From Takakia lepidozioides (Eukaryota > Plantae > Bryophyta), in the NCBI GenBank assembly GCA_030704615.1, contig CM060733.1:52700001-52764000 (forward strand): 64,000 nucleotides of DNA, in the 5' to 3' direction. Shown piece after piece: positions 49,601 through 59,533 of this stretch. The first letter of the stretch is position 1; the number at the start of each line of letters is the position of its first letter. A program made the position numbers and the translations under genes. The notes under the pieces are model-generated. The model saw only the letters and a list, made by a program, of their open reading frames with translations, did not search any database and was not told the origin of the DNA.

Positions 49601-51325
49601 AGATTCACTCAACTAGCTAACTTGCAGAATTCAACATGGAAATTTAGGGCCGATTCTGTGATTGGAAAGAGAACCCAGAGGGATGGAATGGAAGCAGCAG
49701 CATGGGTGTGTCTCTGATGCATCAACAGATAGCGGTCAGACCAAGTTCTATGGCCCAAACCCAGAGTGAGCACAATGGCTTTGTAAGGCCAATGCCTACA
49801 GGGCATATTCAATACTACAATGAGGATACGCAAGCAGCAGATACCATGTGCAAATCAAAAAACAACAAAGGTGGTGAAGGTGCGCAACCTGCCAAAGAGA
49901 GGGCGGAGTTGAGGAAGGATGAAGCAACTACAGACATTGGGAAATGCTCTGATGCGGGCAGAAGGGAAGACCCAGGCCCTGTCGGGGTTCAGCTGGCAGA
50001 AGAACAAGCTGCTGACAGCAACAACATGGAAGCAGAGTGGATACAAATTGATTTTGACAAACCTGAGTCCATCAGACAAGGCATCAGAAGGCCCAAACAA
50101 AGAACACTGTGCAAAATCTGTAATAACATCATCACACACTAACCCAACATGGGTCTTGGCAAACTTTCAGCAAAGCTGAAGCAATCACAGAAGCAAAAAA
50201 AGGGGCAGGACCTCAAGGGAAGATGTATGGAGTACCTTTTGCAGTGATCAATGAGTACGTGGAAGGAGGAGAAGCTTACCCACTGCCAAGCACGGAGTAC
50301 ATGATGCAACCAACAGCACAAGTATCATGTCAGTTTACTCATAATGAGTGGAGGCACTGGATGAGTTGGACGAGATATACCATATTAGTGATCACACTCC
50401 AATAAGACTACAACAACACCCCACATCAACATGTTGACACGGGAAAGTGCAAAGAAGGCCAAAATAGGGGATGGGATGCCTATTCTGCAGAAATCCAACC
50501 AAGACATCAATGATTTAGGGCAAAAACATGGATTTGGTGAAGAAGAATGCATTGGCATGGACAACATCTACAGCTCAACAGGGTTTGAGCGCCAACCAGA
50601 GATATTCATGGGAGAGGGTGACAAAAGCGAGGAAGAAGCCAAAACACAAAGCCTTGACGCATTCACTGAAGACTGGGCAGACAAACAGATAAGAGAAGAC
50701 AGCTCGCAAGAAACGGATAAGAGGGAAAAACAGGGTGAAATGTACTGAAGGAGGTGCCTTCAGTAGAAGTGCCTGACCTTATCAATTGTGCCGCTGGTGC
50801 TGCCACTTCCAGTTGACCATCTACCCATGTAGGTTTCTTGTAGCTATCCTTCCACAGGGAATCATAGGTAATGTGGAGTTTGAAATCCAGCCCTCTTGGA
50901 TGAATCTAGACCCACACTCTATCCCTGCTCCTTCAGCTAGCCATGCCTCTGACAGCCTAGAATTCTACCAGCAAACACCCCAACCATACTGGTGTGGAGT
51001 TCTTCCCCAAAACACCCCAACCCTACTTATCACAATCTGAAATGCATCTGCTTCTCTCTGTAGTCCAACAGGCATTCGCCTTTTTGTCTCCATTGTCCCA
51101 CCATTGACTAGGGTCGGAAAGTGTTCACCCCAAAGCTTCTCCTCACCTCTATTATATGTTTTTGGATACTTCCATGTTGCCACACTGGCAGTAACTTGCC
51201 AAAGTCACTCCAAACCACCACAGATCTACCCAACGACCTAACTTACAGAATTCAATATGCATCTTGCGGCCGAGTCTGATGAGAGGGCAACACAGGCTGA
51301 AATAGGTTGAAGAAGAAGGTGCCCT
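46674..51325. repeat. About 600-bp module in three diverged direct copies inside the CACTA element (46674-47285, 49155-49660, 50722-51325), plus a short partial copy at about 47250-47365
   Basis: Shared blocks: cagggtgaaat..gaaggtgcc, agttgaccatctacccatg.aggtttcttgt, gaatcataggtaat, ccctcttgga.gaatct, cagaattcaa. Confidence 0.85.
47390..49150 (-). pseudogene. PLS-PPR 5' fragment inside the CACTA element
   Basis: The N-terminal region (LCEAGRLTEALQTLNQGGISADSDTYVCLL..) is paralogous to 21481+. It is followed by several highly similar 303-bp PLS triplets broken by stops and frameshifts. No E/DYW. Confidence 0.9.
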
Positions 51326-52102
51326 ACCACATTGTCCTTGACCTGTCCTGACCCATGGAGGATTTGACTGACCATCAACCTAAAAGGACCTCTTGTGTGT
51401 GCTGCTTGTGTCTGTAGTCAGGTAATGTCGGATTGGTCTGTGAGATCGAACCACTACGGCGTAGCTGAGTAGTCAGAGATTGAAACACGGCTGCTAAGAC
51501 CAAGTTGACTCTCCCAAGAACGGCGAGCTCGCTTCTCCTCGTCTCCTCTTCTCCTCCTCTTCTCCTTTGTGCATCATTTGCTCAACGCCTCCATCCCACG
51601 CCCCTGCATATCCTGCTATCATCGCGTTCCATCCCTGGCTATGTGGTGTGGCGCAAGAGACAAAAAAACGCCAAGTCCCAGCCCTCCTTTTTGTTCACGA
51701 TTACCCTAATTGGCAACCTTATTAGCAACTTTTTAACTTTTTTAAACCTAATGGGCAACCTTATTTGCATTATATGTGCCTTCAAAATGACACGTGTAGT
51801 GATGTAGTCATATAAATAGAGCTGTGAAACCATCTTCAGTCATGGAGTCATAAGATTCCATGAAACGTTGTCCACGTGTAGTCAAACATATCACACTAGT
51901 CATATAAACCATCCCTGTCATCATGGTCAACAATGTTTGACCAATGCTCCCTAACTTTCCGGAGTCATGTAGTGATATCCATTACTACAAAGTCATAAAA
52001 CTATGACTGCAATGCATTTTAGCGCTCTGTAGTCATCTACCTAGTGCAGTTTTTATGACTCCGCCAAAGCCGTAGTCCTAAAAACGCTCATCTCTTGTAG
52101 TG

Positions 52103-54101
52103 ATTCTGGCTTGTGTGCTTAGATAATCTGTAGACGGGTGTAGTTGAAATGGTGGTATGGACCTGGTGGGTATATGGTCACATGAAAAGGGAAGCTCTAA
52201 GGCGAGTGGCAGATTTATTGTCGGGATTTTCCTGCAACCCGATTTGGCACTGTTGCCCTTGCAGCATAGCAACCAGCATCTTTTAGAATTGAGCTTGTCT
52301 ATGTAGAAGATAAAATAGGGTGCAGGGGGAAGAAGAACCTGGGTCGATACTTTTCTTGGCTCCATTGGAGATGGGCCTGATGCTGGTATAGGTAGTTCCT
52401 GGGTTGATCCTTCGAAGGGGGGACTGTTGGCAGAACGTTGGGGCTGACTTATGAGCTCCTGATTTGTGTTGGTAGCTAGCTCAAAGATCTGTGTGGCCGG
52501 ATCTGGGCTTCCCGAACTTGCTGATGCACTTGATGAAGAAGATTGTACTTGTGCTCCATACAGGTGATCCCTTGTTCTCTGCAGGTCCCCTTTGTGGTTT
52601 TCCTCGTCAACTTTTGCCTCCAAAATAGCCTCCAGTATTGAAAAAGCATTTGCAAGTGTATCTCTGAATCTGGGCTTGAGCCTGGTGGTCCCTCTCGGCT
52701 CTGCCAAAATACTTTTCTTGACCCAAATTGCTCCCGTGGGTGGTGGGACCATGTAAATGTCGGCTTTCTCCATCAGCGCTAGGATATGCACTACTGGGTT
52801 GCAGCTGAGCCCCGAGAAATTTTCCAGAAATGAGTCCCAAAAGACTTTTGTGGTTCCAGTTAGGTGATAGTGAGGTAGGAAGGACAGCAAAAAATCATGG
52901 ATATTCTTCCTAAGCATACTTTCTGGGCAGGTGCTGGGAGGGCAATTGGCAATAAAATGTTGGACATCCTGAACACTAATCCACAGTGAAGCAAAATCCT
53001 CCCATGCCGATTCTGTGACAAGAAGGGACTGTGGGGGTCCCTTTCTGAACACTAACGGAGTTATGCATGAGGCCCTGGGGACGTCTTCAGTGTTGATGTC
53101 CGAGGAGCAACGGAGAGCCAAGTGTGGGAATGACTTGATACCTCTAAAGATTTTTGCTATTGCCGAATGGCTGGCGATCCCAGTGAGGATTGTGGAACTT
53201 GACGGTGGCACGTTGGGGAGGATACTGGAGTCTGCCAGAGGAGGAGTTGGAGAAGGCAGTGCCTCCTGCATTGGGATCCATTTTCCTTTGGAACTCCATG
53301 AGGTCTTTTTTGGGGAGTTTGATGCTTCCACCCTCATCGGATCAAAGTGATGCCTTAGCTCTTTGTTAATTTTGAGTGAGGGACTGATGCTGCTAGGTTG
53401 TGTTTCTTCCACCCCGGCTGGCCCTTGCACGTGGAGCAGATCTGTTGGAGAGAAGTCCCTTGGCTGTTTACTCCTTGCCAATCGGCAGAGGGGCCTTGTG
53501 GAGAGGTTGCTTCATACCTGTTGGCCGATGGGGGGGTGTTCTGGTGGTTCTTGACACCTGATCTTCTTCTTTTTCCTGCTTTACATTCCGCCCTGATGTG
53601 GCCTAGCTTCCCACAGTTGAAGCATGCTTGCGATGATGTATCTTCAATGAGTCTGATGGTGTAGTAGTTGCCTTCTTTGTCAATGGGCAGCCTGACATAA
53701 GGCAGAAGAACAGCCTCATTGGGCATCATTAATACAAATTTTGCACTGCCTGAGTCATTCACTCTCGATGCAATGGTTCCAGATCTCCAGGCCGCTATAT
53801 CCGGGAGGTTGGGAAGATATTGATCTGGAATGAAGGGGACTGATATGATTCTGGGTCCCCATAATTTCCCATTCCGGTTGCCCATGGTTTTTGACCAAGG
53901 GAGGATATTGACATTGAATCCATTCAGGTGAGGATTAAAATTGAGGGCCTGTGCTGCTGCTACCTGGTTTTCGAATGCAATCGAGAAAAAACCCCTTCCC
54001 ATATAGTGGCAGAAGTGTTGCTTTAGCGCCCCTGGTCCCCCCAAGTGGCAAAGCGCCTAGTCCCGGACATGGGCTCTGCCCACCTTTTTCCCCGGAAAGT
54101 G
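52103..54101 (-). mobile_element. L1-clade LINE ORF1 (5'-truncated, frameshifted), contiguous with 45121-45792 once the CACTA is removed
   Basis: DUF4283-like HYMGRGFFSIAF..LNGFNVNILPW, knuckle CFNCGKLGHIRAEC, then a long Pro/Ser-rich continuation (52078-53481) that runs into the CACTA TIR. Confidence 0.8.
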
Positions 54102-54106
54102 TACTA

Positions 54107-57100
54107 GTCCATGGTGACATCGTCAAAGCTGGAATTGTACCAGATGTCATCCTGAACACTGCACTGGTGGACATGTATGCAAAATGTGGGTGCATTAAGG
54201 ATGAGAAGGGAGTTTTCAGCACTATGGCTGAACGAGATGTGGTGTAGTGGAACGCGATGCTTGCAGGGTGTGCACAGCAGAGCGCGGGATGGAGGCCTTG
54301 GAGACCTATGAGCAAATGATGGGGGAAGGGGTGAAGCCCGATCACATCACGTTTGTGTGCGTTTGCAGTGCCTGTGCAAGCCTGGCAGCCCTGGAAAAGG
54401 GCAAAGAGGTGCATGGTTGCATCGCCAAAGCTGGAATTGTACCAGATGTGATTATGAACAATACCCTCGTGGACATGTATGCCAAATGTGGGAGCATTGA
54501 GGATGCGGAGGGAGTGTTCAACAGTATGAACGTGTCTCCATTCTATAGCCTGGTTTTAATGGACTGAATTACTTGGATAAAGGAATCAACGGGTTGTACC
54601 TGCTATGCCCATTGATAAAAGCCGGCATCAGCCGTGCTGAAGGCAGCCCATTACCACTGAAAGGTACTTTCTTCCCCCCCCCACCACCCTTGTTCCTCTC
54701 CCTCTCTAATTCTCAAAATGCCTAGCTCTCATTGATTCTGATTTTGTTGGTGCTCATTATGCAAAAAGGATTCTGCTGATGCTTGTCATTTTGTTGTAGG
54801 CCATTAAAAAAGACCCAACTTTTGCTAAGACTGTGGCTCAATTGGTGGTGCTTGGGGGCTCCTTTTTCGCAAGTGGAAATGTTAATCCTGCTGCTGAAGC
54901 CAATGTGAGTTTATCTTGTGGTGGCTCCCCTTCCATCCCTTATCTTCCAGATGAACAGAACATACAAATAGAAATACTTGTCACCTCTTTCCTTGCTGTC
55001 TTTTTACCCTCTTTGAGTTCCTCATGTTTCATCTCAGGTCCTACTTTTTGTGCGAGGCATCAACTTGTTCAACAGCAATAATATTAGGTTATGGATTTAA
55101 CTTCATAATACCACTGTCTGAATGCCAATTCTGCAGATTTATGGTGACCCTGAAGCGGCAGACATCACATTCACCAGTGGTGCAGACACTGTCGTGATTG
55201 GCATAAATTTGACCACTCAGGTGATTTCCACTGGTAAGTTCTTCGAGTTTATTGGGTTTTAAGGATGTTTTTGTGTGAATTTTTGCATACTCCGGCGGAA
55301 GAACTTTGAGTGGTTGAAGCACTCTTCCTCTTTGGTGTGGTTGTTCTCTATCTTCCCTCCACAACCTCCCCTGTGTCTCTATGTGTAATTGTCAACATGT
55401 ATGCCAAGTGCGGGAGCATCATGGATGCTCACCAAGTGTTCAACAGAATGCCTCAACGATCTTTGATAACGTGGAATATAATGTTGGCAGGATTTACCAA
55501 GCATGGGTGTGGTAGGATTAATGCTTTGGAGACCTATGAGCAAATGCTGCATGAAGGGGTGAAGCCCAACCACATCACGTTTGTGTGCATTTGCAAATTC
55601 GTATGCAAGCCTGGCAGCTCTGGAAAAGGGCAAAGAGGTCCATGGCTACATTGTCAGAGCTGCAATTGTACCAAATGTCATTCTAAACAATACCCCCGCG
55701 GACATGTATGAAGGGAGTGTTTGACAGTATGGCTGAACAAGATATGGAGTCGTGGAGTGCAATGATTGCAGGATATGCACAGCAAGGGCGCGGGAACTGG
55801 AGGAGCAAGGTGCACTGAACACTGCTTTGGTGGACATGTATGCCAAATGTGGGAGCATTGAGGATACGAAAGGAGTGTTCAACACTATGGCTGAAGAAGA
55901 TGTGGTGTCGTGGAACGTAGGGTATGTACATCAGGGGCGCGGGATGGAGGCTTTGGAGACCTATGAGCAAATGATGGTGGAAGGGGTGAAGCCCGACCAC
56001 ATCACGTTTGTGTGCGTTTGCAGTGCCTGTGCAAGCCTGGCAGCCCTGGAAAAGGGCAAAGAGGTGCATGGTTGCATCACCAAAGCTGGGATTGTACCAG
56101 ATGTGATTCTGAACAATACCCTCGTGGACATATATGCCGAATGTTGGAGCATGGTGGGAGTGTTCAACAATATGGCTGAACGAGATTTGGTGTCGTGGAA
56201 CGCGATGCTTGCAGGATCTGCACAGCAGGGGCGCAGGACGGAGGCCTTGGAAACCTATGACAAATGATGGGGGAGGGGGTGAAGTGCCACCACATCACGT
56301 TTGTGTGCGTTTGTAATGCTTGTGCAGGCCTGGCAGCCCTGGAAAAGGGCAAAGAGGTCCATGGTGACATCATCAAAGCTGGATTTGTACCACATGTCAT
56401 TCTGGACACTGCCCTGATGGACATGTATGCGAAATGTGGGTGCATTGAGGATGCAAAAGGAGTATTTCACAATATGGCTGAAGAGAAATGTGGTGTCATG
56501 GAATGTGATGATCGTAGGATATGCCCAGCATGGTTGTCATATGGAGGTCCTGCATTATTTGAAGGAATGGAAAAGAACGGCTTGAAGCCGGACAATATCA
56601 CTTTTATATGTGTTCTCTCTGCATGCAGCCACACAGGCCTACTCAATGAAGGAAGACGCTACTTCGATTCCCTAAGTCAAGATCATGGTGTCACTCCAAC
56701 AGTAAAGCACTTTGGCTGCATGGTGGACCTTCTTGGACGTGCGGGACAACTGGATGAGGTAGTGGACCTGATTAATAAAATGCCAATCAATCTAGATGTT
56801 GTGGTGTGGAAGGCCTTGCTTGGTGCCTACAAAATCCATGGCAATGTGGAGATGGCTGAATGTGCGGCAACATCTATCCTCAAGTGGGATGAACAGGATG
56901 CCTTGTGTTGCTATCAAACATCGATGATGCAGCTGGCAGGTGGGATGATACTGCAAAGGTGATAAGAATGATGAAGGTCGGAGGGGTTAGAAAGGAGCCA
57001 GGTCGCTACTGCATTGAGGTTGGCAACAGGGCGCACACCTTTGTCGTAGATGACAAGTTGCATCCCAGAATTAAGGAAATCCATGCTGAGTTGAGAAGAT

Positions 57101-57330
57101 TATCTAGGCAGATGAAGGAGGCAAGGTATGTGCTTGACACACACTTTGTATTGCATGATGTGGGGGAGGAGGAAAATGAATTTTCTCTTTGCCACCACAG
57201 TGAGAAGCTGGCCATTGGTTTTGGGCTGATCAGCACAACCCCTAGGACGCCTCTCCGTCTCATCAAGAATCTTCGAGTGTGTGGTGACTGCCAGACCTCC
57301 ACCAAATTCATCTCAAAGATTGTTGGCCAT
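54107..57330 (+). pseudogene. PLS-E-DYW PPR RNA-editing-factor pseudogene, interrupted and frameshifted
   Basis: PLS triplets at 54107-54526 and 55391-56580, L2/S2/E (HFGCMVDLLGRAG), PG box (KEPGRYCIEV), HHSEKLAIGFGL and KNLRVCGDC. Truncated before the terminal DYW tripeptide, with multiple frameshifts. Confidence 0.92.
54638..55233 (+). pseudogene. Captured genomic fragments of an inosine-uridine-preferring nucleoside hydrolase (NSH/URH-like) gene
   Basis: Exon end EGSPLPLK|gt (about 54640-54663); exon 54800-54904 AIKKDPTFAKTVAQLVVLGGSFFASGNVNPAAEAN; exon 55137-55233 IYGDPEAADITFTSGADTVVIGINLTTQV. GT-AG borders are retained. Confidence 0.88.
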
Positions 57331-57808
57331 CATGTACTGTTGAGTGCATTTCCTGTGGCATATCACAAGAAATGATAGTGGAGTCTACCCGACATAGGTG
57401 GGAAGTCAGCCCATAATTGCACGTGACTAAAGGGGTGATTTTTGACTGATTCTGGTGACAGTGGATGAAAATCAGAGTGTTGTCCTGATTCTTACAAAGA
57501 TTATAATGAAAATAGTTGTTAGGACTCAAGTTTTTTTGAAAGATGGAATGGACCCTTTAAAGAGCACAACACACATACCGCCTACTACCATAAAGGTACA
57601 ATTTAGATTAGAACAAATAGCAAACTGCAAAAGGCTGTGACAATGCATATAACAAACATATCCGAAATATACAAAAATGACAAGCATACATACCTTTCTG
57701 TGGTTTCCAGAATTCTTCCAATGTAAGCCTAATCTCTTTGTATACGGGTGTGGTATGCTCTTCTCCCACTTCCCTTGGGCAATGTCCCATTAGAAAACCT
57801 TCACGACG

Positions 57809-57831
57809 AACCCTAAACCCTAAACCCTAAA
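57809..57831. repeat. Interstitial telomeric repeat (CCCTAAA)3
   Basis: aaccctaaaccctaaaccctaaa. Confidence 0.85.
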
Positions 57832-58700
57832 CTGTGAAAGAGGTTATTTTCTCCTCTCACTATCAAGGGGCGTGATTTGCGAGCTGTAGCTCCCAGGTGT
57901 TTCCCTTAAAAAATATAAAGAATAAAGAATAACTATTTTGTCATAAAAGTCACATTGAACACATCATGACAAATTAAGTTTGATGAAATCCCGGCTGGTT
58001 TTTTTGCGATGTAGGAGCTCCATGGTTTGCGGTGAGAGAGAGCCCCCAACGGTCTCTTCGTCTCTCTCGCGCGCCCTACTATCGCCGTCTCTGCCTACCT
58101 CCCTGTCGCTTAGGGAAGGAACGATTAGCAATCCCTAACCTTTGGAACTTCAACTTCCAAAATAATAGATTATTGCTATCACCTCTGTCCTTTCCAGTGA
58201 AAATCATCACCTTCCCTAAATTTCAAGACCACCATCATAACCTCTTCATCCTAAGTTCTTTCTCTTAACTCTCCCACAAGTAAGCGGCACATTTCATCCG
58301 TATCGGGATTCCAAAGCCCCTGCTGTCGCTGCCAACTTCATGGCGCTTAACTTCACCTCTGCCACCTAGTCGGGCCCCTCAGAAGCTAATACCAGCTCAC
58401 CCGTCCCCCCTCCACTCTCTGCTACACTGCACTTACTCTCTAAGTCACTTCGACCCAGCGCTCATCTCTCCCAGCTCCACTGTTCCTACTGCTTACTCTC
58501 TTGCTTTCTGTTATCACGCCTCTATGATTTTCTTCTCTCCAAGATGGGTCCTTTCCACGCCTCACAACTACGCCGAAACTCCAATTCATGGAAGCGCACC
58601 CGTCCAGGCCCTTCCAGAACCCCGCTGATCACCCGTCCTCAACCATCCTCGGGTACTGGTTTTTTCCTGCCCACCAGGCCAGATCGACCCTTCGAGGTTT

Positions 58701-58962
58701 ACTATTTCATGAGCAGAAACCATGAGCCATGAGCCATGAGCCGCATGAGCCGCATGAGCGGTGAGCCGAAGTCTAAGATACGCGGATTTCATGAGCGGAC
58801 TCCTCCAAATTTGGAAATGCGGCAGATTAAACAAGTATTAAAATAATAGTTTTTTATTTGACCTTGCCGTTTTTGGACGTTCCAGATCATGTAATGCGGC
58901 GAAGATATGTCGTCAGTAACAAGTCCGCTCATGGTTTTTTAGATCCGCTCATGGAAATAAGT
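58701..58962. repeat. About 260-bp segment with inverted arms and CATGAGC repeats (MITE-like or transposon terminus)
   Basis: Left actatttcatgagcag.. with tandem catgagc; right ..tccgctcatggaaataagt is its reverse complement. Confidence 0.55.
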
Positions 58963-59533
58963 GACCGTGCAACGGGAAATCCAGTATACCACTGCAAAAG
59001 GACGTCGCATACTGGCCTGTATAGAGTATTCCGCGGTTTTACATGCCTTAACATTGACCCTTTTGCCGCGATTGAACCAATGGAGTCTGCACCAATACAG
59101 TCTGCAGTACTTCACAATTCTGTCTTCTTCGGGTATTCGGCGGGAAAGGTTTGCAACTGAACTGGGAAATAGGGTGCCGCATTAGGGTTCGCACGTGCGA
59201 AATTTCGGAGCGGTTTGGTGTTGGCGAAGGCCGCCTCTGGGGGTACCTACGACGATACTTGGAAATTCGGCGCCGCATTTCCTTGTCGGAGGTCGAATGA
59301 GGAAAGCAAGTTTTCGGAAAGCAGAAAAACATGAACCCTCCAACATACAAAAATACATGCACGTGGAAACAAGTGAACGATATAGTAATATCTTAGTTCG
59401 AGCAAAACAGGTTACTGGTAGGCAAGACATATGTCGGACCTTTCTGTGGCCAGAGTCTGAGGTACTGGCAGCAGTACAGTTCTACTATCCGAAAAGGATG
59501 GGCGTACCATTGTATGTGGACCGCAAGCCAAGC

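Larger units (their letters stand above)
45793..52102. mobile_element. Non-autonomous CACTA (En/Spm) element, 6310 bp, Pack-type (carries PPR fragments)
   Basis: Left TIR CACTACAACAGATGAGCATTTTTATGACTGC; right TIR (reverse complement) CACTACAAGAGATGAGCGTTTTTAGGACTAC. 3-bp TSD ATT at 45790-45792 and 52103-52105. Many ATGACT/AGTCAT subterminal repeats at both ends. No transposase recognised. Confidence 0.93.

Noticed and set aside
49700-50750. CACTA transposase remnant in plus-strand ORFs inside the element
   Set aside because: No Transposase_21/TnpA-like motifs recognised; left unassigned.
54083-54108. Helitron 3' end (weak hairpin plus CTAG|T) at the LINE/PPR junction
   Set aside because: The stem is too short and lies within LINE ORF1 sequence, and no matching 5' TC end was identified.
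56905-57375. U-to-C (DYW:KP-type) editing domain
   Set aside because: It has a PG box and HSE motif typical of C-to-U DYW domains, and it is truncated.
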